Part shown: positions 12,801 through 26,053 of the stretch, piece after piece | Layout: every line of letters starts with the position of its first letter | How positions within the stretch are numbered: the stretch's first letter is position 1 | Assembly: GCA_038496445.1 (NCBI GenBank) | Contig: JALMLS010000455.1 | Location: forward strand, 744,001-808,000 | Direction: 5' to 3' | Source of the DNA: Trichosphaerium sp. ATCC 40318 | Lineage: Eukaryota; Protista; Tubulinea | DNA length: 64,000 nt | The notes under the pieces: model-generated | Seen by the model: only the letters and a program-made list of their open reading frames with translations | Told to the model about the DNA's origin: nothing | Database searches by the model: none | Position numbers and translations under genes: made by a program

Positions 12801-15800
12801 GCGTACGTCATTTTCATTATAGGCAAAAGACCCAGAGCTACCAGCAGAAGTTGATAGGGGTTTTATGAGCGTCGCTCGTTTAGCTATAGCATCATCTAGA
12901 GATTGTTGTAGAGTTGACAACATTGCTACCACGTCTCCACCAGCGCCTAAAACGCGTAAGCGTTTGTTCATCAAAAAAATCTATAGCATACTTGGTAAAG
13001 GCTTAGATTCAGGTTCTGGAATACTCTCTGCAGGTGCAGAGCCACTAGAAGCGCTCAAAGGGAGATTTGTAATATAGACGCTACGCGTCACTGAACGTGG
13101 CTTTTCATCAATACTTGGTGATTGAGTTGGTTGAAACACAGCTGGTATAGGAGGAACTGGCTCCAGCAAAGGCGAGAAACCTTCGTTTTCGCTTTGCGGG
13201 ACATCAGAGTCAGCATCTCCCATAATTAAATCGTTCTCAATATCAGCGATTTCTTGTTCTATGCTCCTGTGCGAGTCTCGAAAAGATACTTCTGGCGATA
13301 GGGATACTTCCTCTGGCGGTTCTTGAAGCTCTTCTAGTGGTGGTTCACGTGAGACCTCCTCTGGTGGCTCTTGAGTATGTTCTTGAAGCTGTTCTTGGGC
13401 ATTTTCTTCACTAGGTTGTTCTTTAGACTCCTCAGATTCTTCTTTATCATCTTCGAAGGGTTCTTGTGGTGCATCCTCTAAAACAACCTCACGAACAACC
13501 AATATAGCTTCTTCACTATGTCTTTGAGGTTGTTCTTCCTCAGAAATAGATATCGAAGCAGAATCTGGCGACTGTTGAGGTACTGGAGATTTTTCCTCTG
13601 GTCTAGGTTGTCCAATAGCACCAAAAGGTGATGTACGCTGTTTAACAAGCGTTGTATGTCTATTTTTAATAAATAAACAAGAACAAAATAAATAACAAAA
13701 AAAATGGCGATATGAGATTTGAGAAAGTAGGGAACAAGTATTATATACGTACACTGGTGATTTTGCTTCATCAGGAACACTCTGAGGGCTTCCCACACTG
13801 TATGACAAAAAAAATGAGTTTACAATTCACATTTTTTGGAAAAAAAAATTTACGGCTTATACCATCAAGGAAAGAATATTTGCGGTTTTCGTTACTAAAA
13901 TACGCGTATACAATGTATATTTTGTGTAATAAAGGGATATTAATAAAATAAAAAAAATGAAATTGTAATTTGTTTTAAATCGTCAACAAACGTACGGTGA
14001 GTAAGGTGGAGTAACAGACTCAGGCATAGCTCCTAAGCGATCCCATCTTTCAACATTTTGAAGTAAACCCAATCGCTCTTGTCCTCTTTCAGCATTATCC
14101 TCTTTTTGTTCTTTTCCATAAAGATCAGGGTTGCTTTTACGTAAAACTGTAAGTAAAGGGTAGTACACTTACGGGATAAACGGAGGGAAAAAAGAAAATA
14201 AAGTGGAATTCTCCTCCAGCCAAAAAGTCGGAAAAAAAAGGTGTAATTTGTTGTGCTTTTTCCGTTCAGTCAGCTTTTAAACCAGCCGGACCTGTGCTCT
14301 TGTGTGTCAAACAAGTATTGACACAGTTCGTCGTCGTTTAGGGCATTAAATCGCTGTAATTCGCACTCCTCTGGAGAAGCCCAAAAAAAATTTCTAAAGG
14401 TGGCATAAAAAAAACTAAAAACGCGCCAAGAACCATACAAAAAAAAAAAGGAAAATAAAATCAAAACCATTTTAAAGGAACCCAAAGAGTTTTTAATCGA
14501 AAAAAAAAAAGGTCACCATCACAGCCAGCAATAAAAAAGCGACAGGAGTTTTGGGTTTTTACTTTGTTTTTGTTTTGTACCGTAGCCAAAGCCCTTGGCT
14601 TTTAAAGGATCCATTTTCATCCTTTTTCACTGTAATCCCATAATCATTAAAGAGTCTCTTTTTGAAACCAGGGGCTGGTGGTTTATCTCGAAATCTTGAA
14701 AACCAGTTTTCAGCTTGATCTGAATCATTGTTTTTGTCATCATTTCCTTCAAGTGAAACGCGCTCCTTTTTCAAAAAAAATTACACGCTAACAATACAAA
14801 CCACGAGAAAACCAAAAAAAAAAATGTACCTCATCATCGCTTTGTGATTCTCCGCTATTTCTCGCGTAGTCAGTTCGATCTACGCGTTCAGGGGAGTTCT
14901 ACGCGTCGTAAAAATTAAAAAAAAAACCTGCAATTTTTCAAAAAGCAAGTTAAGCGTACTCGTTTAGGGCTAGAGCCATTACAAGAAGTATCCTCAACAT
15001 TTTGAACGTCATTATCTACGTCAAAATAAATAAAATAAAAATATCCAATAGCGTTTAATAAAGAATGGCATACTGTCGTGTTGAGAAGTACTTATTTCAT
15101 CTTTCAATACGCCAGCAACAATGTCTTCCATGTCTACATCATAGTCTCGGTCTGCTGGGACCGAAACAGGAGTTTGAACATCACTTGTGGTCAAAACATT
15201 TTCCTGCGTTGGTCTTTGTTCTGGAAAGTCGTCTCCTGAAGCTAAGCGATTTTTCCCGCCTTGGCCGACCTGATCAATTGGAGATGTAGAGGATCCTATA
15301 CGCTTGTAAATAGGGAGGGTGTGGCGTAAAATAAAGAAGAAGCAAAAGAAAAAAAAAGAGTTACAAGTACCTGGTGTCATTGCTTGTGCTATATCTTCTG
15401 TCAAAGGTTGGTTATCATCTGGAGAATCTAAAGACGATTACTTTAACTCCTTAAAAGTAACAAGAGGACCAAAAAAATATATTCAAATAAAGTTACAAAC
15501 AAGAGCAACATAAGCGTATTTCAGTACGAAACAAAGGTCAGAAAAAAACAAAATTTTCGTTCAGATTTTTTTTTTCCTTCAAAAACAATTCTTGTAAAAT
15601 AAGCATCCATTGCGCTCAAAATATGGTTTTAACTTGTTTCAGAGCGAAAAGAGACTAAAAAAAAAACTAAAACGGTAGCAAAAAAATCAAATTGGTAAAA
15701 TTATACGCACCATCTTCACTGCTCGACCCGTAAGCTGGGTCTACCAGAAACCCAGTTAATCCACTCGCTAGAGAGATGTAAATAACAGCTAACTAACCTC

Positions 15801-16129
15801 AAGAGAATTTCGTGCCTTCTACAACAGAATCATCACTGTTTGAGAAATTCGTTTTGGGACTAGTTTTGCCTTCTGTGGACGTAGCCATTGAGGAATCTCC
15901 TGTAAATACCACCCTTTTAATTCAGAAATTCGTAAACTAGGCGTACCTCGTTCTACGCCATCCTCGACACAAACCTGCGCGTTAAGAACACCTGAGGCGC
16001 TTTTACCGTCTAATATTTTGCGTCAAATACTTGTTGAATATAAAAAGCTTCGTTATGCGTACTGCGTTCATTAGTAAGCTCATTGCCGGCGATTATTGAT
16101 TGCATGGAAAATATTGGCGGGTTGCTCAT
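3857..16129 (-). CDS. DOT1: Large DOT1-type histone H3K79 methyltransferase with three PHD fingers, four AT-hooks and zinc-finger-like motifs (many exons)
   Basis: DOT1 core at ~7700-8750: EVYGE..DVFYDIGSG|LGNVVMQ..GIGVEIR..VVFMNNVCF..MKDGTRLITTK..FSWKS..YFVYEVDR. PHD at ~12340-12477 (CKMC..MLVCDLCNCGFHTFCL..VPDGDWFCPTC). Tandem PHDs at ~6150-6770. AT-hooks RGRGRPRK, KRGRPRK, KRGRPPK and RGPGRPKGS. ATG at 16129 and TAA at 3857. That it is a single gene is inferred from exon phases. Confidence 0.85.
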
Positions 16130-16590
16130 TTAAACACAAAGTAACAGATAACAAACTGTTCGCGTTTAAAAGTATATAGGTTTGCAGCGGAGCCAGTACT
16201 ACGCGGATTTCATTATTCTTAGCAATATCTTGAGAGATGTTAGAGGCGCTGTACACTTGAAATGGGGTCGTATTGGATAAAAAAGGGGTTAAGAAGCAAA
16301 TTTATTAGTTTTTTTTACTTTTTACGTAGTTTGGGTTGGTACCTGCTAGTATTTACACGCGCTCCGTTGCCAAGCAGAGTAAAGCTGAAAGTTCCTAATC
16401 GCAAACTACCCACAAAGACTACCGCTTTTTTTTTTTGGTACCAAGGCGAATTGTGAACCCAGACGCACTGAGAGCGCTTTCAGTATAATGTCAGTTTAAA
16501 TGGTGGCCAAAACGGAGATTTTGTGGAAAAACTGGTCACAAGGTTTGTGAACCATCCGTAAACAGATTGTTTTTTCATTTTGACACTTTT

Positions 16591-18537
16591 TCACACAATT
16601 TCAAAGCCGCAAATACTTTGTTTTCGGCAACTAACACATGCCAGTAAATCAGCTTTTATAGGCTTGTACAGCATATTCAGGTTTGTTTCCTCGTTAGATT
16701 TTAACCTGTCAGCTGTTATTCTTCGTATGTGCTGTCTTATGAGCGTATTGACGCGTTTTTGATGAGGAAGTAAACATAGTTTTGCTTTAACAGATTTATT
16801 CTGTTTTTTTTTCAAACTAAAATTACTAATTACATTCTTCTCCTACGTCCTCAGCAAGAATACTAGTTGACAGAGAGTCTATAAATATCTGCAATATAGC
16901 AGACATTGTGTACGCTTCTGTAGACATAATAGCAACTTGATCCATGTCTGTCACGTTTACTGATAAAGTTAATCTATCATTATAAGCTATCCATGACTTT
17001 AACTGAGAATACGGAACTACAGCTAACACCTAAACACAAAGGATAAACATATACAAGGTCGATTTTTTTATCAAAACGAATCTCTTTATGTTCTCTTATA
17101 ACGTACTACAGTCCCATCAGATACAACAATACCTCGTGTCATGAATCCAACACTGACATTATCTTTAGTCTTATTTATCTTTTTTATTTCCAGTTTAACG
17201 TTATCGAAAGAGTATGCTCCATAAAACTGCCATTGGCACATTTTCGCAACATAAGCTAAAATAGTGTTACTAACATTCTTAGATCAAAGTACTACAAAGT
17301 ACCTGCTCTGGCTTCTGAAGGGCATTTGCCTTGGTGCTTTTTGTAGTAGTGCAGAAGCATAGCTTCTGTTTCTTGTTTATTTTTATTAAATTGTGAACAC
17401 CTTCAAGAAATTAGAGTCGCTATTGTATACATTGTTAAACGTACAATGAATCAGGCAAGAAATCGCTGAGGTTACCCCTAAACTTTTGTTAACAACAGTG
17501 ATCAATGAATAGAGTAGCATACTTCGAACCGCTCTTGGTTATCACAGAATCTTTATAGTCTCCGTACGCCACTTGCATCTGATAATAACTTTAGTAACTT
17601 TCTCAATAGCAAAAGGAATCGTCTAAAAATGTCAAAGTAGTACCTCACAAGCACCAAGAGCTAAAGCTAACTTCTTTTCTATCGACCGGAAAAAAACCGT
17701 CTTTGTCATTGCTACAGCCTTAACAATATTTATAAGAAGAGTTGTTTTACGTAGAAAGAGATACCGCAGAAAAGGCAAACAAAAAAAGAATAGAGTAAGC
17801 TGTGGAGTATTTGCAGGTTTTTCTAAAAAATCCATTTATCCAGAAAAGAAACAAAAGACTAAAAATATCTTTTTTTGGGTTACAGAAAATTATTGTCCGC
17901 ATGCTTTAATACAAAAAGAGAGCGTGTATATATTGCTTAATAAACATGTAGTACCTGATGGAATATCAAATCGCTTAGAAGAGTAGAGTAGGTCATGTTA
18001 ATTGGCTGAGTGTGATCAATTAATACTTGTTTAAAGTACACTTTATCGCCATCGTTTAGCGCGTTGAATACATCCGAAGCATTTTCCGACTTTGGCAATA
18101 TTCTTTCTGTAGTTACATATAAGCTTTCTAGTATAGTTTCTTTGCTGTATAGGTACCTTGCTCGCCTCTCTTTTTTAAGAAAAAAGCGAATTGGAGAAAT
18201 ACCTCCCGTGCCTTGTCTATGTTTAACGATGTGGTTGGTGTTGCGTCGATCACCTTCATTTCAGTGTTGAGCAACTTTTGAACGAACAAATGTAAAAACG
18301 ATTCAATAGTCGTTGAGTCTGGTATGAATGTGCTATTGGTGGCGTCAAAACAATTTGGAAAGCGGAGCATGGCGTATGGTACCTCTTGAAATTGTCATTA
18401 ATGAAGTATACACGCACTAGAGTGCCGTCTCTATCTGATACTGACGAATCGGAGCCACTGAAAGACACAGACGGTCTGCGGGTACTGCCAACATCAATAA
18501 CGCCGGATTCAACAAACACACTTTGCATTCGCGACAT
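16591..18537 (-). CDS. FERM (band 4.1) domain protein
   Basis: Spliced: LVRVYFINDNFKST..ERILPKSEN..VYFKQ (F1); LALALGACE-MQVAYGDY..LSDFLPDS..YYKKHQGKCPSEARAAYV..WQFYGAYSF (F2); VSVGFMTRGIVV..PYSQLKSW..ISAILQIFID-like helix (F3). Confidence 0.8.
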
Positions 18538-18782
18538 GTATGCCTTCTTTAGTTATTCATACGTTATTTAGAGAAGTACAAGTTTGTTGACTATGTACGA
18601 AATTGATCAAAAAACTACGTTATTGGCGTAAAACAACGTCTGACACGCAATGAGGCAATGTGGTGGTACTAGCAAGGTAACGTAAAAACGTGCCAACAAC
18701 GCTTTTGCCAAGCAAATTCGATCAACTCAGCAGAATCGTTGAACGGGCGCCAATTTTGCAGCATCAGCGCTGTGTGGTTGAT

Positions 18783-21700
18783 ATGCAACAATTGCAAGAC
18801 CCTCAGCAGGGCATGTTTCAGTTTGTTCCTTTCAGTACGATTATACATCAAGTAATACAACAAGCATATGATGGAATCAGTACGCTTATAGAAACGCACG
18901 TATTTCACTATTTGAATTTTTGAATAAACTTCTGAACAGTTGCCCTACCAAAAACGATACAGATAGAAAGCATGCGCTGTATAAATACTTCAAAGCAACG
19001 CGTATTCAACTGATAAGATTATTGGTGTTGGCCAAATGGGTAAAACTAAGCCCTAAACACTAACGGAAAGCTAATTATTACTTCTAGGCGGCGGCAAATC
19101 CTACAGTGGGCACATGCGTTGTACGTTCGTTTTTTACAACTAAACGGAGTACCGACGCGTTAATATTCACTTTCTAGCAAATATTAAATCAATTGAATCA
19201 AACAGATGAATGTTTACGTTTTGCAGCTGATTCGCTGTTTTATAAATTATCGCAACTAAAAGCAGCAAGGTGAGATGTTCGTGGTCTAAACCAAAACAAT
19301 ATCAAGGGTTTTTTTTTATTTTTCTGAATCGATCTAAAACTTTCCTTGTAGGCTTCCAATATTCGATGTACCGACCTCTATAGATGTATTGACTACTGGA
19401 ACTTACAGGAGATTACCTGTATCACTCGAGGTTTGTCAGAGAGCTGAGCTATCGACGATTTTTGGTTTTTTTTCTGATTTTTTTTTAAAACGTTAGGAAC
19501 TAAACGTTTTTTCCTTAGGCCATCGCACAGCAACAAGCCGAGATGAGTGATGCGGAAGTTACTATGTTGACACAGCATCTGAATAATAAATTAAAATATA
19601 AGCTTCTCAACACTGATATGCCAGAAGTATTCCAAAATGTTCGCATAGGTACGAAGAAATCTTTGGATTCAAATTGTCATTTTTTATTTACCGATGTCGT
19701 AGACGAAGGAAAAGTGTTTGTTGAGGTCCCAGGTGAGTTTACAGCATCATTATCTCTACTAGATGGTACCAAGAGTGATCATGCACCATGGACGTTGTTA
19801 GATTTAGATATTCTGCTGTCAACTGATGGAGAAACAAGTAAGTCATTTTGACACATTGCAAATTTTTTTTGGGAATGTTTTGTTTTAACTACTTGGCTTG
19901 CTCTAGAGTATTTGGATGATTGGCATTTACAAAGAATTTTAAGAATAGCTCTTGAACGTGTACATAAATCAAAGATGCCTTTCTTAACATTGTATAAAGT
20001 CATACGTGCGTAACCGGAAATTCTTTTGGGTTGCTTAATTAAGCAGATAACAAAGTTTAAAGATTTTTTTAACATTTAATATTAGATACATTCTGTCTTC
20101 TTACGCAGTTAACTATACTTGTTGAACAAGCAAATCACCTCAAATCAATGAAAACAGTTTATGGTATTACAGGCATTGATAGTATTAAAGAGAAGGAACT
20201 TGTTATTTTCTACTGGAGGTAACAAACAATTGATTTAAATTGTTTTCGTTTTTTTCGTTTCTTATGAAAATACAGGGAACGACCTAAAGATGTTTATATG
20301 AAGTTATCAATAACAAAAGATAATGAACTTTCTGTTGAGCATAAACCGAAACTAACAGATCCACGTACTGGAACACAATACGAACTTAAAATTGTATGCT
20401 TTTTTTTCTCTTTTTTTTTGGAGTGAAGTTGTTTATTTGTTTAGGATCCGACTCGAGTTAATATTGAGAACGTGATAAGTGTAGCAAGAGATAGCCACGC
20501 TTATGTAATGCTTCATGCATTGTACAATATAATCAAAGATAATGACACAGTACCACTCGATACTGTGCGGTTGATAGACCAAAAATTAGGACAAGGTATT
20601 TTTCTTACTCTGATTTTGTAGTCTAATTTCGTTTTACCAACAGGAGCACACCGACTCGTCATTGAATTGGTTAAAGATCAACCTACTTATAACTTAAACG
20701 TTACTGTAAACCTTAGAACAGGACATTACGTCCTTAGTGCGCCAAGTGTTGAAAAACGTATGTATTTAGCTCAAAGTCACAACTTTTCGCAATCTCCTGA
20801 ACGTACTTGGGGGACAGGAGTTGCCATCTGTCTTGTTTTACGGCTGTAGATACAAAAAGCGTTGTTGTGGTTTTAACTAACTTGGTGCGATTTAGGACAT
20901 GTCTCTGCTGCTGAAAAACATCTTAACTCTGCTGTTAAAATGAAGAATGGTGTTTCGAACGCTTTTCCTCGTCTTATACATCAACTCAAAGGATCTGCTC
21001 TTCTGAGTATATTCCAACGATCTGGAGAAGCTATTGGATGTGTTAAAGAAGGTGGCGTGCCTAGACTTTCAGGTACATGTTCAGAAAAAGTTAAACTTGT
21101 TGTGCCTTGATTAATTGTTTTTGTACCTTTCTTTTTTTTTTTGGGCTTACTTTGTTGTAGAGATGGAGAAGAAATTCGAGCACCCACATATTTATTTAAG
21201 ATTTAAGGATAAGGCAGTTAATAATTATATGATTGTCGTTGAAGTACCAAGTGATACGCTTATACCTAAGTTCTATATCTGTTCAACAAAGTAAGCATAC
21301 TATCTTTCCCAAAAAACATCTTCTTTGCTCTTTGTTGATTACGTGATTGTTGATTATTAATAACATTGAAGGTATACAACTGGTATTATGTCGCTTTGTA
21401 GCTTGTTTCCTGTTTCCCTATGTGATAACAGAGTAACTGTTCAATTGCTTGTTGGCTATATGGATTGCGAGTATTCTGCTACTATTAACCAGAATGGAAA
21501 ACGTAATGCTATATCAGATGCTGACGATAGTACGGTTATAAATTTAAAACTATACATTGTATAGTATTTTCCAAATGTTAATGCGTTCTTTCTGTTAGGT
21601 ATGGGTAGTAAGAGAACAAAACTAAGTCTAGACTTTTCTGATTATAGACATATTATTCCTGCTATTTTAGATGCTGTAACGTAAGTTTTCTGAGCCTGGT

Positions 21701-24530
21701 TAATATGTCTAGTGTTACTTAACACCTTCAATAGACCACAACTATACATGCATTGTATGTTGACGCAATTGCAGAGACAAAGTGTTAAGTATCAACCAAG
21801 TTTGAAGAGTGGTATGTATCAAGACTTTTTTGGTTATTCTAAATATTTTTTTGTGAAGGTGTTAGCTTCTCTCTTCCATCAGATCCTCTAGAACTATCAG
21901 ATATTAATCTAACAATTTGTGGTACTTCATGGAAGGTATGTTGATTGTAACATACTCGTTACGATATAAAAAAGGTGATTAATGCGGTTGTAGGTGATTT
22001 TGAGTGAACAAACACCTTTGAAATCAATGAGACTTTTTGATAACTCAGATGAGAATATTAAGTATAACAAAGAAAAGAAAGAGTGGATTTTCAGCTACCC
22101 TAAAGTACAAAAGGATAGCGTACATAAGTTCATATACGATCATAAAGGGTTGTACATTATGGCTGATTTTACTGAACAGTACCTTGAATACACGTGTACG
22201 CACTACACCCATTTCTTGTCTTTTTTTGTTTTTTTTTTCAGATATCTCATTTTTTTACGAAAGCGCTCAAAGATGAAGACATGACTGATGATACTTTGAA
22301 TATAAAGTTTACTTTAGTATCATGGAATCCTAATAGTGTTACGTTTAAGTTTACAAAGGCACCTAATGTACGTTGAAATTGGCAGCCATACGAGTATTCT
22401 TATTGTCTTGTCTTTTCTTGTTGTTTGCTTTTGTTCTTTTTTGAAAAACTTATCTGTTTTTGTAGGACCCTACTGAGCATGTAGTCAAGTGTACTTATAC
22501 TACCAAACACAAGCTTAATATTAAAATACCAGAACCTTGTAATATATTAGAACCTTATATTGGTATGGAGCTATCAAGAACAAAGGCTATCATGTTTGTA
22601 TTTAAGGTACACCAAAGGAAAAAACCCTAACATTCTCACTGTTTCTCAAAGGCTATTCAAAACTGTATTAAACCCTTGACGATCGTCAGAAATTTCCTTA
22701 ATACATGTGGAGCTATAACAGGTGATTTTATTCTCGTACCTACATCTGCATATGGAGTGCGCCTGTTTTACCGTAGCATGTACGTTCTGGTTTTTTTCTT
22801 ATTATTCTGAAAGTAAATTTTGGCTTACATTGTCTGTTTATAGGTTTGTAATTAATATAATGTTCTTGGGAATAAACCTGGTTATGATTGAAGATGGTAC
22901 GTAGAGTATTTAAATCTTTACCATTCTATATGAGTGGTTGTGAGTGTTTCAAAAAGGAATTTTTCTTTGACTTTGGTGTATCGAAAGTCGACTCAATGCT
23001 TGTCACTATGTAGCTCTTTTACATCGATGTTTTATTGTTTCTTTGATTATTATTTAATTATGATTACATACACACGTTTATATAATGTTAATATTTAGGT
23101 ACTTTATCGATAGGGTCACAATCATCAAGATACACAAAAATTCCTGATTTTGATAGTTTTATTCAATTTACGATAAAGAACATGTACGTCTTCTTTTACT
23201 TCAAGGACCGTCATCTAATATTCTATTAGATCTCCTGAAAGAAACTCACTTCCTGATCCTGTAAAGAAAGATAACCCAGCTTACATGATAGGCTTGGAAG
23301 ACTTAGAACCTTTCCTTCAAGGTTATCATAACTATGTTGGCTCTTTAAGTTTATTCTTCTTCAGCAAGTACTACGCTCAGGTACACTATTTTTTTCCTAC
23401 AGAATGTCGTAAACATCACGTGATATTTACTTTTTTCTTTACAATAGCAAGAGCACACTGGTCGTATACATTATGACATACCATCGCTGAACATAAAATT
23501 CAATGCTGGTCAAACACAAGCAAACTTCTTTATGAGAAACTACATACTTGATGTTGGTCTTATACTTGATAAAGGCGCACCAGCTGTTAATGATGCCGAG
23601 ACTATTTATCGCAGGTTGTCAGAATATTTTAGACGAATTGTACGTAGCTTGTCACGTTTATGAACATCGAAGACGAAAAAACAAAAGTTGATTTTTTTTT
23701 CTCCATCAAACTTTCTTTGCTGAACTTTTTTATAGCTTGGACGAAGTCCTTTCCGTGTTGATAACTTTATGTCATTCTTAAAGTTAATTCAACTACCTAT
23801 TGGACAACTCAGGGATATCTCAGCTATCCTTGCTAAGGAGCCTGAACATCATATAGTCTATGTTGTCAAGTTATCTCATTTACCTCATGCTGTACACATA
23901 CCAACAAGAGAAAATACTAATACAAGTCAAAATCGAAGACCTAAGGGATATAAACCAGCTGTAAGACATGACACAGTCACAAAACTCATAAGGTAAGATT
24001 TCTTTGTTGTTTTTTTTTGTTTGTTTGCTTGACGTACTTGCAAAAACGTTCTCTTTTATAATTCTTACTCTTCGGGCGTAACACTAAGTATATACCCACT
24101 TGAGGTTATTATTATTTGAAAAAAACCCACGTGTCGTGTGATGTTTGTGTTCTTTTTTTTTTTGCTAGCAACTTTTTTTTCTCATTTCTTTGAATTCCTG
24201 TTTTGTTTGATTATACCCTGATTAATTCTCTTTTTCAGGTTCACAGTTGACTACCATCTAAGAGCAACTAATGAGTTACTTATTTCACTTCCTTTGCAAT
24301 GGACTTACACAACAAACAACTTAAAAGTGGACTCTTTATTAGATGTCCGTGACCCAAGACAACTTTTATTGACAAGGATACCAACAGAGTTGCAAGCAGC
24401 TGGATTGCAAAATACACTTTTAAATATATTCGATGCTGTATGTTCTAGATCAATAGAAGAACTGAGATCTATTGCTGAAAATGCAAACAGATCATTGACA
24501 AACGCAGCACAAGCAAAGAATCATCAATAA
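18783..24530 (+). CDS. MED14: Mediator complex subunit 14
   Basis: N-terminal Med14 motifs VPFSTIIHQVIQQAY..DTDRKHALYKYFKATRIQLIRLLVLAKW..ARLPIFDVPTSIDVLTTGTYRRLP..GKVFVEVPGEFTASLSL..PWTLLDLDIL. Many short exons continue to TAA at 24530. The start ATG at 18783 is a best guess. Confidence 0.9.
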
Positions 24531-25346
24531 AAAAAACCTATCTAATTTGGCATCAAACAGCGTTTACTTTACTCTTTGAGTGTACGTTATAATTAGTAAC
24601 AAATCTATATTTCTAAAATCAATGACAAGATGAGAATGTGAGAGTGAAAAGAAAACAAACAAGTTAAACACAATTAACAAGTCCAAGTTTGACATAACAT
24701 CTTGCACAAGTTTTAGCCTTACCATAGTTGTCAATGTCAAATCCATTTACGGAGTTTTCAAGGAGAATTGCAACGCTGGCTGTGGAGAAACTGAAAACAA
24801 TAGTGTTGAGTTAAGTTATATTTCTTACATGATGTAATGTTCTTTCAATACTATCATCACAAGCGTAATTATAATGAAATTTGTATGTCGTGTTGAGTGC
24901 AATGTGTGGCAGTTAGAGTGTTGTTTGGGTCTCTGTAAGAAGTTCAAAAGAAAGGAAAATAAAGAAAACTGGTATTGAACTTGGACACTTTATTTAAGTT
25001 TACATTTGTAATAGTTGCTGACAGGATATCAGTAGCTTCCACAAGCAACTTCGCTCCAACAACACCACTTGTTACTTCTGATACGGAGGCATAATGGAGA
25101 TCCAGGACAGCAGTTGAACTTATCATATTTAAAGGTTAGTACTACAACTAGAATGTTTTTTCCCTATCGCTGTGGTCTTTTTGCATGTGCATTGTCCATT
25201 TCTTTTCGAAGACACTTTTGTTTCAATTCAAGGGTATATTGCTTACTAGGTAACAAAAAGGTTACAACAAACGCTCGGTGTGTTGTAAAGGATTTTCTAG
25301 CAAAATTTTTTTGGTTTTTTTTTTTGTTTTTTTTTATTTTTTTTTT

Positions 25347-25616
25347 TCACATTCTTGGGCTTCCGCCTTCAAATGCCATTTTTGCTAGATCAATGTCATA
25401 GCTGGATATCATTATGATATTTGATACGCCTGTAGGTGGGTAGTAGAGGTCTTCTACCTGTGGGTCCCAAGTCAGAGCGTATGTGTAGTCTGGTTTGGTA
25501 TTAACCAAGATGCTTTTAGGGACTGTGACCGTGACTTTAATCACTAATGGTCTGCCCAGGAGAGAATCGTATTTTTTACGAGCGTACTTTCGCACTGCTC
25601 GGAGTAGTCTTGACAT
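25347..25616 (-). CDS. Small intronless hypothetical protein (89 aa)
   Basis: ATG-to-TGA frame with balanced composition, followed by an A-rich 3' flank. No family recognised. Confidence 0.35.
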   Translation of the reverse strand: MSRLLRAVRKYARKKYDSLLGRPLVIKVTVTVPKSILVNTKPDYTYALTWDPQVEDLYYPPTGVSNIIMISSYDIDLAKMAFEGGSPRM

Positions 25617-26053
25617 GTCAAGCAGAAGTATAGATATTATAGTTGTAGTATTCTTATGCTTCCACTAGATAAAAAAATACATTTTGCTTTTATCCAAGTA
25701 ATTTCTTGTTGCAAAAAAATTGTGGTTTGCTACGGTTTTCTCAAAAACTGGTCCAGTGTGTTGTACACGGTAATATAAGCATATCAAGTCCAATCGGTAG
25801 TAGATAAACGGATTTCGATGCTGGGTTTTAAGATGTGGAGTTATGAAGTAAATCGGGAGTGTCTTGTTGAGAAACAAATGTGAAAAAAATGAAATTCGAA
25901 AAAATAGTTAAATGCAACTTACAGTGGTTTCTGCGTTCCCATGTGGTGTCTTCTACGCGTATTTTGATACTAGTCTATATTTATAATGGATAGAAAGTCA
26001 ACGAATAAAAATAAGAACTGAGAATTTGCGTAATCAACCTTTATTTACTGGTG

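Noticed and set aside
24564-25205. Short minus-strand ORFs after MED14
   Set aside because: No consistent spliced frame or recognisable motif.
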